64,000 nucleotides of DNA from an uncultured Chloroflexia bacterium (GCA_963768655.1 CAVYIM010000003.1:512001-576000); one strand, 5' to 3'; shown: positions 28,980 to 39,511, counted from the stretch's first letter. A program made the numbers and translations. Notes: a model not told the origin generated them from the letters alone.

Positions 28980-30014
28980 ATGCTCACTCAGTGCCCGAAG
29001 TGTGGGGCCCCGCGCGTGGGCGACGAGCCGGTCTGCCGGACCTGCGGCTCGGAACTGGGCAATCTTGGTTCTTCCGTGACGGTGGAGGGGGCGGCCGCTC
29101 CCGCACAAGGAGGAGCTCCTGCTGCTCCGGCTCCTGCAACGGCTCCGGCTCCGGCAACAGCTCCAGGTCCTGTTGCGGCCGGACAAGCCTGGACGTGGCC
29201 GGGAGCGCCCCCTGCCATACCTTCTCCCGCCTCCCCATGGCCGACCAACCCGAACCCCATCGCGGACGCGGGTTCTCCCCTAACGGGAATGCCACCGACG
29301 ATGGGCGGCAACCCTCCTGGGTTTCCCCAGACTCCTGGGTTTCCTCCGACTAACTGCTGGCGCTGCCAGGCGCCCTTGTACCCAGGCCAGCCATACTGCG
29401 CCAACTGCGGTTTCGCTTACCGAACTATGGGGATGGCCCCTGCCCGGAAGCGCCGCACGAAACTGGTCGTGATCGGTGCGATTGTCGCGGTCGTACTCGT
29501 TGCTGTGGGTGGATTCGCCGTTCTCAACCAGTCGAGCGGCTGGACCCCTGCCGCCGAGCCGTCGCCCTCGGGCACCTGGTACTCGTTCACGTCCCCCGAC
29601 AACGCCTGGAGCGTCATGTTCCCCAGCTCCGATACGCCTCAGGAAATGTCGCTGTCGATCCCGCTCGGGACGACTCAAGTCCAGATGAATTGCTACATGG
29701 TGAGAAGCGACGGCATTGTCTACGAGGCCGGGGCCGAAGACATTCCGGGCGATCAGTTGAGCACCGATCCGAATACCAACCTTGACTCGTTCGAACAGGG
29801 CATCAAGGTATTCGGGACCGTCACCGACTCCCGCGACCTTACTTTCCAAGGCTTTCAGGCCCGGGAAGTCAGGTTCACATACACGAGCCTGAGCTTCGAG
29901 GGATATATCAGGTTCTGGGTATCGGGCAGCCGAGTGTACGTGATGATGGTCGTGGGCCAGCCAGGCTCCACGATGTACCCCGAACACTTCTTCGACACCT
30001 TCACAGCGAGCTGA
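28980..30014 (+). CDS. Zn-ribbon membrane protein with extracellular domain
   Basis: CPKCG..CRTCG and CWRC..CANCG, Pro-rich linker, TM helix; AGGAGGG RBS. Confidence 0.8.
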   Translation: MLTQCPKCGAPRVGDEPVCRTCGSELGNLGSSVTVEGAAAPAQGGAPAAPAPATAPAPATAPGPVAAGQAWTWPGAPPAIPSPASPWPTNPNPIADAGSPLTGMPPTMGGNPPGFPQTPGFPPTNCWRCQAPLYPGQPYCANCGFAYRTMGMAPARKRRTKLVVIGAIVAVVLVAVGGFAVLNQSSGWTPAAEPSPSGTWYSFTSPDNAWSVMFPSSDTPQEMSLSIPLGTTQVQMNCYMVRSDGIVYEAGAEDIPGDQLSTDPNTNLDSFEQGIKVFGTVTDSRDLTFQGFQAREVRFTYTSLSFEGYIRFWVSGSRVYVMMVVGQPGSTMYPEHFFDTFTAS

Positions 30015-30147
30015 ACAGTCACGAGGAAATCAGTCCCTGGTGCGGTGTTGATCTGGGCGAGGACGCTCCCTGCAAGTCGCAGCTGCGAGCAGACATCAGC
30101 TGCTTGTTACGTGAGCTAACCTTTGGCGCAGAGGAGGGTTCAGCACA

Positions 30148-31248
30148 ATGAAGTACCAGCGTCTCTCGCGCCAAGCCTGGGTCGGGCTCATGGCCGCGCT
30201 GCTGCTGCTTGGGGCATGCTCGCAGTCCGGGTCCGTGGCATCTGCGACCACCACCGCCCCGACCACCGTTTCGGCGACCGCGGCGGCAGCGACTGTCCCG
30301 ACTGCGACCGCGGCTCCGATCGCCACCGCGGCCAAGACCGCCGCCAAGACCGCAGCCGCCCCCACTCCTACCGCACCCCATGTGCCGGCCCCGCCCAGCA
30401 GTGCCACCGCGCAGGACCTCTCCCTGGGCGACATCAGCAAGTGCACCGCCGAGGACGCCCACGCCGATATCTGCATCCTGCTCAAGTGGACCGCGCCGGC
30501 CGGCAACATCAGCGGCTACCGCGTCTACACCGGCCGGGACGGGGGAACAGTGATCGGCCCGCCACCGGCGGGTTTCTACACCTGCCCCCAGGGCAGCCAA
30601 CCGGGCGGCACCGCAGCCACGGTCCCGGCGGGAACGACGAGCTACTATCTGCCCCTCATCGGTGAGTACTCTCCGACCTGCGTGGCCGTGAGCGCGTACA
30701 ACGGCGCGGGCGAGTCAGTGTGGGACGTGGTCCTGGTGGAGAGCACAGGCCAGGGCCCGGTTGGCTCCACCTGGCAGACATACCCAGACCCGCGCCAGTT
30801 CGGGTTCAAGGTGGACTATCCGACCCAGGGCTACCACGAGGTCGACCTGGCCTCGACGACGGCCGGCGGCTACGCCTACACGGAGGACACGTTCTACGTG
30901 CCCGTCGGCTCGGAGACGAACCCGCAGCTGGTGTTGGCCGCCGAGAAGGTCGTGTTCTCAGGAGCCACGCCCCCCAACACGAGCAAGGACCTGATCGCGT
31001 TCTACGAGAAGACGCTCGCCTACTACGCGCCCTACTGCAGCAGCAGCGGCACTCTGTCTGACGTGACCGCCGCCACGCTCGATGGGCACGGTGGCTACTC
31101 GTTCACTTTGACCGAGGGCTCCAGCGTGCAGAAGGGCAAGGTCGCCCTCATCAACGGGCAACTCTACGGGATCCTGGCCGGCGGCCCAGCCGGCAGTGCC
31201 AACTCGAGCGTCATCACCAAGTTCCTGGCGTCCTTCCACCTCGACTGA
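30148..31248 (+). CDS. Lipoprotein with FN3-like domain
   Basis: LGAC lipobox, Ala/Thr linker, LKWTAP..ISGYRVY...VSAYNGAGES; GAGGAGG RBS. Confidence 0.8.
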   Translation: MKYQRLSRQAWVGLMAALLLLGACSQSGSVASATTTAPTTVSATAAAATVPTATAAPIATAAKTAAKTAAAPTPTAPHVPAPPSSATAQDLSLGDISKCTAEDAHADICILLKWTAPAGNISGYRVYTGRDGGTVIGPPPAGFYTCPQGSQPGGTAATVPAGTTSYYLPLIGEYSPTCVAVSAYNGAGESVWDVVLVESTGQGPVGSTWQTYPDPRQFGFKVDYPTQGYHEVDLASTTAGGYAYTEDTFYVPVGSETNPQLVLAAEKVVFSGATPPNTSKDLIAFYEKTLAYYAPYCSSSGTLSDVTAATLDGHGGYSFTLTEGSSVQKGKVALINGQLYGILAGGPAGSANSSVITKFLASFHLD

Positions 31249-31668
31249 CGGGCCACGGATCAGCACCCGCGGGCGGTGGGTCCAACCGGGCCGGCCGCGG
31301 CCAATGGCGGCGGGTAGCACCACGCCACGATGACCTGAGTGTCATGGGGTCGCGGGCCTGTTCTCCCGGCAGTGCATCGCGGGGCGATGACCTGGGCCTC
31401 ACTTGTCGCAGCCATTCTCCGAGTTGACTGCCAGGCCGTGCCGGGCGAGACTCAAGGCGCGCCCTTCGCCGCAAGACCCACGTCGTCGGTCACCACCGCT
31501 GAGAAGCCCATGTTTTCGTCGGGGGATCCGAGCCGCTCTGCGGGGCAAGGTACAAACGCTCCACCGTCGTGGGGCGACACATGACCGACTCCTCGCGAGA
31601 ACAACGATGCAGGACCAGTCGGCGCGGCGGATGGTCGACGCGCCGAGCGAAAACAAAGGAGTAACCCA

Positions 31669-32142
31669 ATGCCCCGCGTCGGCGAGCTCGCCCCAGACTT
31701 CAGTCTGCCCGACCAGGATAAGGAACCCGCGACGCTCAGCGACCTGCGTGGACGGCCCGTCATGCTGGTCTTCTTCCCGGCCGCCTTCAGCTCGACCTGC
31801 ACGCGCGAGCTGTGCGAGATCCGCGACGACTTCAGCGCCTACGAACAGCGCGGCGTCACGGTCTTAGGTATCAGTGTCGACTCCACGCACGCGCTGCGGG
31901 CGTGGAGGGAGGCCCAAGGCTACCGTAACCGGTTCCTCTCCGACCGCTGGCCAGTGGGCGCCGTCACCAAGCTCTACGGAGTCTGGAACGAGGATGCCGG
32001 ACAGGCGGACCGCGGGACCTTTATCCTCGACGCCGAGGGGTTTGTGCGCTTTGCCGTGCACAACTCGTCGAACCAGGCGCGCGACGAGGGCGCGTACGTT
32101 GCCGCGCTCGAGGCGATGGGCGCTGGCGGGCGTCCGGCGTAG
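31669..32142 (+). CDS. Peroxiredoxin (AhpE-like)
   Basis: APDFSLPDQ, FFPAAFSSTCTRELC, GISVDS, RGTFILD. Confidence 0.9.
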   Translation: MPRVGELAPDFSLPDQDKEPATLSDLRGRPVMLVFFPAAFSSTCTRELCEIRDDFSAYEQRGVTVLGISVDSTHALRAWREAQGYRNRFLSDRWPVGAVTKLYGVWNEDAGQADRGTFILDAEGFVRFAVHNSSNQARDEGAYVAALEAMGAGGRPA

Positions 32143-32328
32143 GGCTACGAAGCTCGCTGGCTCCGCTACGGACCGGTGAGGTGACCTCGGGCGACATCCC
32201 TGGGCTCGGGCCCGAGCAGGACGCGCGGTTAGTGCAGGACGCGCGGTTAGTGCGAGAGCCCTCGTCGTGTCGTCCGCTGGCGGGACACAGCATGGTCTCA
32301 CTCGGCGCCGTGTCGCCCGATCGGTCGG

Positions 32329-32883
32329 CTATGCGCTCGCCGACGCCGGAAGGCGATCAGATGGCAGCATGGCGGCAACGATGAGCAGCACCGGATTGCC
32401 GATGAGGGCGAGGTCGATCCACGCGCGAGTTCCGAGCAGGCCCAACAGTGCGGGCGGCACATAGGTCGGCCCGGCGCTGGCACAGGCGCAGGCGGTGGCC
32501 ATTATCGACAGGAAGAACATCAAGGGAGCGATGTACAACCACGCCACGGCGGCCACCAGAGTCGCGTGGCCGCGAAGCGTGGTCCAGTGACCGTGAACGG
32601 GTAACAGGGCGAGCATGCCTGCCGTGGCGGCTTCCGCCAGGAGCAGCAACCCGAGGCCGGGTTGCGCGAGGATCGTCTGATCCGCGAGCGCGTACGCGGC
32701 AGCCACGAGCGCCAGGGCGCAGGCCGCTCCAGCCAGCGCCGTCCGCCACACGTCGCGGCCCGGTGCGCTCGTCTCGGTTGCGATCGAGGGCACGCCACGC
32801 GACCGCCGCCCCGCGCGAAACGCAAGCATCGGCCACAGCAGAATGAGCGCCAACGGCGGCAGCATGTAGATGAACCAGGCCAC
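32329..32883 (-). CDS. Hypothetical membrane protein
   Basis: Several hydrophobic helices; GAGGAGG RBS before GTG 32883. Confidence 0.6.
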   Translation of the reverse strand: MAWFIYMLPPLALILLWPMLAFRAGRRSRGVPSIATETSAPGRDVWRTALAGAACALALVAAAYALADQTILAQPGLGLLLLAEAATAGMLALLPVHGHWTTLRGHATLVAAVAWLYIAPLMFFLSIMATACACASAGPTYVPPALLGLLGTRAWIDLALIGNPVLLIVAAMLPSDRLPASASA

Positions 32884-33511
32884 GTGACCCCTCCTCGCAC
32901 AGCTTTGCCGGACGCTCCCCGAGTCTGGACCAGGCCAGGTGGCAAGGTCAATAGACGATCGCCCGGCCGGCAGCCGTCCTGGGTGCGGTTCGCCCAAGCA
33001 CGAGCCGAACAACTCCTGCGGGCTGGCAGCGACCGGCGTCAGCCGCCCTGGGGAATGGCGGACATCCAGACTGGGCGCACCATGTTCACGCATCGTGGTG
33101 CCATCAGGACCTGGGCAAGCGGCCAGTAGGCGCTCGCGTCACCTGCGGCGATTGAGGTGGTCGACGAGCGGCGCGGCCGGCTCGACCAGCAGAGTCAGAC
33201 CCAACGCGTTTGCTTCGTCAGTCGTCGGCACCATTGCTCGCGTCTGTCCTGGCGTACCAGCAGGCGATCCACAGGCACCGTGTCGCCGACCAGGGGCCAC
33301 AACGGATCCCCGCACCGAGTGTCGGTGAGCAACAGCCTTGCACAGATGACTCTCCGGACGATGTCGCGCCACCGTTCCAAGAGGAATCGGAGTCGGAAAT
33401 CATCGACCGTGTACCTGTCCACGATGCCGCGCGCGTCGCAAAGCGCCCGCGGAGTGCGCCGGAATCGGTTTGTCTGCTTGATCTCCGTTCAGCAAGTCGA
33501 ACGGCAAGAGA

Positions 33512-34918
33512 TCATGGCGTCGCCTGACCGAACCAGGTTCCGTCCGGGCCGCTGAACAGGATCCCGTCGCGCATCAGGATGGCGCTGATCTGGCCGGGCG
33601 TCATGCTGGCCGAGGCGCCATCGCCGGTGATGGTCAGTCGCTTCCAGTGGGTTCCGTCGGCAGATATCCAGACCTGGTTGGGAACCGTGCCCGCGAACGT
33701 CGGGTTTCCGAAGACCTCCAGGCGGGCGCCGTCGCCGGTGAAGTCGCCGTTCGGATTCCCGACCCCCTCGCCCGTCGATTGCAGGCCGAGCGGATCGATC
33801 GTGCCGGGCTCGGCTTTCCAGCTCCGCCCGTCCACAGACGTCCAGAGCTGCGTCGTGCCCGGTGTCGCGCCGAGGTTGGACGTCTCCCCGAAGAGGCCGC
33901 CGCTGCCGGCGAACAGCTCCGTGAACGCGAAGCTGCGGCTGCTCGGGACCGTAGCCTGGGTCCAGTGCTCGCCATCGGTGGACCACCAGGCCAGCGGCTC
34001 CAGGCTCGCGTCGCCGGTCGAGCCCTTGCCCCCGGCGGCCACGAAACCGCCGCCGAACGCGGCGATCGTATCGACGAACGAACCTGCCGGTCCTGTCAGC
34101 GTTACCGGTTGCCAGGTCGTGCAGTCCGAAGTGAATTCGAGCCCCGCGTCGCCCGACGCGACCGCCCCGCTCGAGTTTCCGGCAAGGACGGTCGGTATCG
34201 TGGCAGTCGTCGGATCGACCCAAGTACTGCCATCGCTCGAATACCAGAGCTTGTGGCCGCCGGCCGTGTCATCGGTCGCGACGATCACGCCATCTCGACA
34301 GCTCGAACCGGCCGACACCGACACGTCGAGGTTGTCCAGGCCGAAGGTGGACGCCGGAAGCTGGGTCCACGACCGGCCGTCACGGGAGAGCCACACGGTC
34401 TCCGGGGCGGACACGTCCGTCTGCGCGATCGCCACGTAGCCGCCCGGCCACGGAATGACCCTCGATACGGCGAGAGGCGCGCCCGTCAGGGCCTGCACGT
34501 TCAGCCCCGTCCAGATCGAGGTCGAAAGCGGCGGGACCGTGCCGGCCGGCCCGGTCATGGTCGGCGTCGCCGAGGGCGTGGCCGACGGCGTGGCCGAGGG
34601 CGTGGCGGACGGCGTGGCGGACGGCGTGGCCGACGGCGCGACGGTCGGGCTTGCGGTGGACGTTGCCGTGGGCGCAGCTGATGTGGACGGCCCCACCGCG
34701 GGTGCAATCGCGAAGCGACTTGCCAGCACCACCACGGCAAAGGCGAGGAACACCGCCGCGGCCGCAGCCGGCATCCGCCACCGGATCGGTCGAGCGGGTT
34801 GGGCATCGCGCCGCAGTGTCCGGGTGACGCGGTCGCGCAGGGCCGGCGAGGCCACACCCGAGTCGAACCGGGCGTGCATGCGACGACTCAGTCGATCCTC
34901 GAATTCACGCTCGTCCAT
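33512..34918 (-). CDS. Putative anti-sigma membrane protein with BNR/Asp-box propeller
   Basis: Short cytoplasmic N-terminus, TM, (PSAT)n linker, five WxSxDGxxW repeats. Overlaps the ECF sigma gene. Confidence 0.8.
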   Translation of the reverse strand: MDEREFEDRLSRRMHARFDSGVASPALRDRVTRTLRRDAQPARPIRWRMPAAAAAVFLAFAVVVLASRFAIAPAVGPSTSAAPTATSTASPTVAPSATPSATPSATPSATPSATPSATPTMTGPAGTVPPLSTSIWTGLNVQALTGAPLAVSRVIPWPGGYVAIAQTDVSAPETVWLSRDGRSWTQLPASTFGLDNLDVSVSAGSSCRDGVIVATDDTAGGHKLWYSSDGSTWVDPTTATIPTVLAGNSSGAVASGDAGLEFTSDCTTWQPVTLTGPAGSFVDTIAAFGGGFVAAGGKGSTGDASLEPLAWWSTDGEHWTQATVPSSRSFAFTELFAGSGGLFGETSNLGATPGTTQLWTSVDGRSWKAEPGTIDPLGLQSTGEGVGNPNGDFTGDGARLEVFGNPTFAGTVPNQVWISADGTHWKRLTITGDGASASMTPGQISAILMRDGILFSGPDGTWFGQATP

Positions 34919-35417
34919 CGGTCGCCTCCAGGGTCGCGCGCATCTTCTTCAGCGCGTAGTGCAGCCGCGACTTGACCGTGCCGGCGGGCAGGCCCAGGCG
35001 ATCGGCGATCTCTTCTGCCGTCAGGTCGCGCCAGTAGCGCAGGACGACGACCGCGCGGTGATCCGCGTCGAGGGCGGCCAGCGCTTCGTCGAGGTTGTCA
35101 TCGACCGGACCTGGCGCGGTCCTGTCATCGGCTGCGGCCGCCTGGAGCGCGAGAGCACGCACCCGTTGGCGCTTTCTCCGCCGCAGCCGGTCTCGGCATA
35201 CGTTGATCACGACACGTTCGAACCAGGGCGAGAAGAGGTCGGAGTCGCGCAGGGAGTTGTTCTTCTGCCATGCGATCAGGCACGCGTCCTGAACGGCGTC
35301 TTCCGCCTCCCGATCGTCGAGCATGATCGCCCGCGCCAGGCGATATGCCCGGTCGAGCTCACGCTCGATACGCCGCGCCAGCATTTCTCGCCGGTCGACC
35401 ACCATCAAGGTCTCCAC
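34905..35417 (-). CDS. ECF RNA polymerase sigma factor
   Basis: EAEDAVQDA, WFERVVINVCRD, EEIADRLGLPAGTVKSRLHYA. Confidence 0.92.
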   Translation of the reverse strand: METLMVVDRREMLARRIERELDRAYRLARAIMLDDREAEDAVQDACLIAWQKNNSLRDSDLFSPWFERVVINVCRDRLRRRKRQRVRALALQAAAADDRTAPGPVDDNLDEALAALDADHRAVVVLRYWRDLTAEEIADRLGLPAGTVKSRLHYALKKMRATLEATDGRA

Positions 35418-35472
35418 CCGAACCCTCTCGAGCCATGCGTTTCGCGGGACTCTTGCCGCGTTTCAGGCCAAC

Positions 35473-35500
35473 AGACGATTGGACAGGCCCAGAAGGTTCA
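35473..35500 (-). promoter_or_regulatory. Candidate autoregulatory ECF promoter
   Basis: TGAACC-17 bp-CGTCT on the minus strand, about 55 bp upstream of the sigma gene; fits the common ECF AAC/CGT pattern. Confidence 0.55.
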
Positions 35501-35696
35501 CAAGCAGGCTCGGCAAACTCTCCGCGACCGACGCCGGTGGCTTCCACGGCTCCTCAAGTCGCGCAGACCCATCGAAGGGTACAGTCGGAAGGGGCTGCGG
35601 TCAGGATGATCCTGGAGGCGGCGAGACCCACTCGGGCCCCGGCGACTCGCCGCCCGGGTCGCCGCGACCGGCGTTTTCCGCCGCTACACTTGCGGC

Positions 35697-36722
35697 ATGG
35701 GGGAGTTGTCGGCGACCGATTCCAGCTCGGCGCTCATCGCTGCGCTGGCTGCGTCCGAAGATCCGATCCTCGCCTACAGGGCCGGACTGCTGCTGGCGGG
35801 CGCGTCCGGGGGCGACGCGCGGCACGACGTCGCGCTCGAGGCGGTTCGCGCCCGGATACCCGCGTCGCCGACGGCCCGGGCGCTGCTTCGTGGCCGCGAC
35901 ATCGACGAGCAATCTAACGCGTATCGCAAGTGGCAGGGCCCGCACTGGACGCTGGTCTGTTTGGCCCTGATCGACTACCCGCCCGGCGACGAATCGCTCG
36001 TCCCGCTCATCCGCCGGGTCGACGACTGGCTCTTCTCCCGGCAGCACCTGAGCCCGCCCGGAACTACCGTCTACAGAGGCGAGGAGGACCGCGTCCGGCG
36101 CTGCGGATCCCAGGAAGGAAACGCGATCTGGTATTCGGTCAGGCTCGGGCTGGAGAACGAGCGGACGGTCGAGCTGGTCGATCGGCTGATCGGCTGGCAG
36201 TGGCCGGACGGCGGCTGGAACTGCGACAAGCGGCGGGGCGTCCGGTGTTCGTCCTTCCAGGAAACGGCCATCCCGGCCCGCGGCCTGTGGGCCTTCGGGC
36301 AGCGGCACGCATACGAGCCGGCCATCCGGGCCGCGAACAGGGCGGCCGAGCTGATGCTCTCGCGCCGTTTGCTCTGGCGGCAGCGCGATGGCTCCCTGGT
36401 CGAGCCCGACTGGGGCGGCGCCGTGGACCGGATCCACTTCCCGATCCAGTTCTACGACGTTCTCTTCGCCCTGGAGGTCATGGCCGAGCTGGGACGAATC
36501 GGCGATCGCAGATGCGCCGACGCGCTGGCGCTGCTCGAGTCGAAGCGCCTGCCCGACGGCGGCTTTCCGATCGAAGACCTGAACGCGACCCCCTCCGATC
36601 GGATCGTCAGCCGCGGCAGCTTCGCCAGATGGGGGCCGGCCGGGCGGCGACAGGGCAACCCGCTGGTCAGCCTTCGGGCGTTCGAGGTCCTGGGGGCGGC
36701 CGAACGTTCGCGCGACGCCTGA
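35697..36722 (+). CDS. Prenyltransferase/terpene-cyclase-like alpha-toroid protein
   Basis: YRKWQGPHW, QWPDGGWNC, RLPDGGF (QW-like repeats). Confidence 0.7.
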   Translation: MGELSATDSSSALIAALAASEDPILAYRAGLLLAGASGGDARHDVALEAVRARIPASPTARALLRGRDIDEQSNAYRKWQGPHWTLVCLALIDYPPGDESLVPLIRRVDDWLFSRQHLSPPGTTVYRGEEDRVRRCGSQEGNAIWYSVRLGLENERTVELVDRLIGWQWPDGGWNCDKRRGVRCSSFQETAIPARGLWAFGQRHAYEPAIRAANRAAELMLSRRLLWRQRDGSLVEPDWGGAVDRIHFPIQFYDVLFALEVMAELGRIGDRRCADALALLESKRLPDGGFPIEDLNATPSDRIVSRGSFARWGPAGRRQGNPLVSLRAFEVLGAAERSRDA

Positions 36723-37080
36723 CCCCGGAGGCGATCCTGACGAGGACCAAACCCCCGAGGCCGACGATCCATACGGTCAGGCCTGCCTCGAGGTACGTCT
36801 TCCAGCCCGCGCCGGGGAATCGGGGCGTCAGGGCCGTGAGCACGAGAACGGCCGTCGCGCAGGCGAGCGTCCAGCCTGCGGGGCCAACGAGGCGCGTCTC
36901 CGATCTCCACAGGACGGCGCACCAGAGAGCGAATACTCCCAGGTTGAAGAAGTCGGAGAGCAGGAAACCCGGGTACCAATCCTGCGAACCCGCGAAAAAG
37001 GACACAGCCCATACGAGGCCGGGCGCGGCCAGACACGCTGCCGTCCACACGGCTGCCCGCCGGCCCGGGGGCTGTCTCAT
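36667..37080 (-). CDS. Hypothetical membrane protein
   Basis: Four hydrophobic segments. Confidence 0.55.
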   Translation of the reverse strand: MRQPPGRRAAVWTAACLAAPGLVWAVSFFAGSQDWYPGFLLSDFFNLGVFALWCAVLWRSETRLVGPAGWTLACATAVLVLTALTPRFPGAGWKTYLEAGLTVWIVGLGGLVLVRIASGVRRRANVRPPPGPRTPEG

Positions 37081-37154
37081 CGTCGGCGCCTACAGAAGGT
37101 TACGGAAGAACGTTGCCGAGGCAACGCATCGGGTGCCGCTCAGGCGCGGCTCTG

Positions 37155-37487
37155 TCAGCGGCGCTGCTTGGCGTGGCAGTCGATGCAGTCCTGAGCCCAG
37201 GGCAACGCCTCCAGGCGCGCGGGTGCGATCGGCTTGCCGCACGTATGACACAGCCCGAAAGTGCCCGCCTCGATCCGGCGCAACGCGCCCTCGATCTGGC
37301 CGAGGTGCTGCTCCTCGCGCTCCCGGAGCTGCTGGCCGCGCTGGCTCTCGGAGACTTCTGTCGCCGCGGCGGTCTGGGCGCCGTGGGCGACGTGCGGGTG
37401 CTCGACCTCCTCGGAGAGCTCCAGCCGGATGCGCGCGCGCTCGGCTTCGAGCGTCTGGCGCGCGTTCTCGATCAGCTTGGAGTCCAT
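37155..37487 (-). CDS. TraR/DksA C4-type Zn-finger protein
   Basis: IEGALRRIEAGTFGLCHTCGKPIAPARLEALPWAQDCIDC. Confidence 0.9.
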   Translation of the reverse strand: MDSKLIENARQTLEAERARIRLELSEEVEHPHVAHGAQTAAATEVSESQRGQQLREREEQHLGQIEGALRRIEAGTFGLCHTCGKPIAPARLEALPWAQDCIDCHAKQRR

Positions 37488-37695
37488 GGGTGGCATCCTA
37501 CCCTTCTGGCTCAGGGCGTGTGGGCCTTCCAGCACATTCTCGACGCGCCGCCGCCAGGCTCCCGGACGGCGACTGTGTACAACTCGAACCGCCTGCCGGG
37601 CCGTTCTGGCCGGCGGAGCTAGACTCCAACCTGCGACCGAGCGAGTCAGGCCTGGAAGCCCGATGGCGACCGCCCTTTCGGCCGAAGGAGAACCG

Positions 37696-37863
37696 ATGGC
37701 TTACGCGAAGGACCCCGTGTGCGGCATGGAGGTCGACACGGACACCGACCTCAAGACCGAGCACGACGGCGAGACCTACTACTTCTGCAGTCGGGGCTGC
37801 AAGCTCGACTTCGAGGAAGATCCCGAGAAGTACCTCGATCCGGAGTACGAGCCGCATATGTGA
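37696..37863 (+). CDS. YHS-domain protein
   Basis: KDPVCGMEV...YYFCSRGCK..F..DPEKY; AAGGAG RBS. Confidence 0.9.
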   Translation: MAYAKDPVCGMEVDTDTDLKTEHDGETYYFCSRGCKLDFEEDPEKYLDPEYEPHM

Positions 37864-38060
37864 AGCCGGGCCGAGAACGACGTTGCGCGGCCGGTCGCCC
37901 GCCGTATGCCGCCGGCCGCCCGAGCTGCCGCCGACGGCTGGGTGCAGGCGGAGCCGCCCCGCCGCCCACGCCCGCGTGGTACGCTCACCGCGACGTTGTG
38001 GAGTGCCGAGCCAGCCTCCTAGCCTGACGATCGAGAACCGAACCACCCAGGAGAAACCCG

Positions 38061-38345
38061 ATGACTTATGTGATCGCCGAGCCCTGCGTCGATGTGACCG
38101 ACCGCGCGTGTGTTTCCGTCTGCCCGGTCGACTGCATCCACGAGGAAGAGGGCGACCGGACTCTGTACATCGAGCCGAACGAGTGCATCGACTGTGGCGC
38201 CTGCGAGCCCGAGTGCCCGGTGAACGCCATCTTCACCGAGGATGCGCTCCCGCCCCAGTGGGCCGTCTACACGGAGATCAACGCGCTCTGGTTTACGGAC
38301 AAAGCCGCTGCCCGGGCGATGGTGGACAAGGCCAAGCCCCGCTGA
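38061..38345 (+). CDS. fdxA: 7Fe-type ferredoxin
   Basis: CVDVTDRACVSVCPVDC and CIDCGACEPECP. Confidence 0.9.
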   Translation: MTYVIAEPCVDVTDRACVSVCPVDCIHEEEGDRTLYIEPNECIDCGACEPECPVNAIFTEDALPPQWAVYTEINALWFTDKAAARAMVDKAKPR

Positions 38346-38362
38346 CCGCCTCGAGTTCGAAC

Positions 38363-38390
38363 AAGCGCCCGGCCCACCGGCCGGGCGCTT
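38363..38390 (+). terminator. Terminator-like hairpin
   Basis: AAGCGCCCGGCC-CACC-GGCCGGGCGCTT. Confidence 0.7.
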
Positions 38391-38444
38391 CGGATTCCGG
38401 GACTCGCGGTGGCGTGGGCTCGGGTGGGCGGCCCGCCTCTGACG

Positions 38445-38528
38445 CGGCCGCGGGCCGGGGTGTGGGCCGCGGGTCGGGCCGCGGGCCGGGGTGTGGGCCG
38501 CGGGTCGGGCCGCGGGCCGGGGTGGGGG
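38445..38528. repeat. G-rich 32-bp tandem repeat (about 2.5 copies)
   Basis: GGCCGCGGGCCGGGGTGTGGGCCGCGGGTCGG repeated. Confidence 0.8.
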
Positions 38529-38602
38529 CAGGACTGCCCGCCCAGACGCTCAGTGCAGCGCCAGATAAGGGGCCGATAAGGCGCCGCGGCTAGACTTGTC
38601 CG

Positions 38603-39511
38603 ATGCGAATCGTCTCGCTCCTGCCCTCTGCCACCGAAATCGTATGCGCCCTGGGGTTGCGCGACGAACTCGTCGGCGTCAGCCACTGCTGCGACTACCC
38701 GCCGGAGATCGAGGGAGTCGCGGTTGTCACGCGGCCGCTGCCCGCCGCCGACCGGGCTCAATCGCTGCACCTGTTCATGGACAACGAGATCGGACCGGGC
38801 GAGCTGGACGTCGAGGCGCTTCGCGCCGCGCAGCCGGATCTCGTGATCGTGCGTGACGCGGTCGCCGGCATCGGCATCGGCACCCGCCAGGTCCGCGAGG
38901 CGCTGAGGGAGACGGCGGTCGAACCGGTCATCGTCTCGCTGGAGCCCGTCAGCGTTGAGGGCATCTTCCACTCCATCACCACGGTCGGGGCGATGGTCGA
39001 GGCCGAGGACGACGCCATGGAGCTCCTTGAAGCGCTCCGGGAGGAGATCGGCGACCTGGAACAGCAGGTCGTCGTTCGCCAGGACGCGGGCATCCGGGCT
39101 CCGCGCGTGGTCATGCTGGCGGGCCTGGAGCCGCCGTTCGCCAGCGGTCGCTGGGTTCCGGAGCAGGTTCGTCGCGCCGGCGGCTGGGACCTGCTCGGAA
39201 GCGAGGGCGACGCCGCGTCGCCGATCGACTGGGAGACGGTCCGCGACGTCGATCCCGAAATGCTGGTGATGGCGCCGGTGGGGATGCATCTGCCCGCGGC
39301 GAAGCGCGCATTCACACGGACGCAACTGCCGGAGTTCTGGCACGAGATCGAGGCAGTCCGCCGCGGTCGGATCTTCATCGTCGAGCCGGTCTACTTCGAG
39401 CGGCCGGGCCCGCGGATCGTGGACGGTGTTGGCATGCTGGCCGAAATCTTCGACCCCGACGCCTTCATCGACACGTCGCCCCCGGGCAGCTGGACGCCGG
39501 TGATGGAGTAG
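38603..39511 (+). CDS. Cobalamin/Fe-siderophore-type binding protein (BtuF-like, no signal peptide)
   Basis: MRIVSLLPSATEIVCALG...GVSHCCDYP...YFERPGPRIVDG. Confidence 0.85.
   Translation: MRIVSLLPSATEIVCALGLRDELVGVSHCCDYPPEIEGVAVVTRPLPAADRAQSLHLFMDNEIGPGELDVEALRAAQPDLVIVRDAVAGIGIGTRQVREALRETAVEPVIVSLEPVSVEGIFHSITTVGAMVEAEDDAMELLEALREEIGDLEQQVVVRQDAGIRAPRVVMLAGLEPPFASGRWVPEQVRRAGGWDLLGSEGDAASPIDWETVRDVDPEMLVMAPVGMHLPAAKRAFTRTQLPEFWHEIEAVRRGRIFIVEPVYFERPGPRIVDGVGMLAEIFDPDAFIDTSPPGSWTPVME

Noticed and set aside
33139-33500. Small ORFs between the membrane protein and the anti-sigma gene (also 58783..59106)
   Set aside because: No recognisable motifs or clear RBS; left uncalled.
35930-38593. 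887-aa ORF and other long Arg/Pro/Ala-rich ORFs (e.g. 54450..57845, 8195..9910)
   Set aside because: Shadow frames of real genes, caused by the scarcity of stop codons at high GC.
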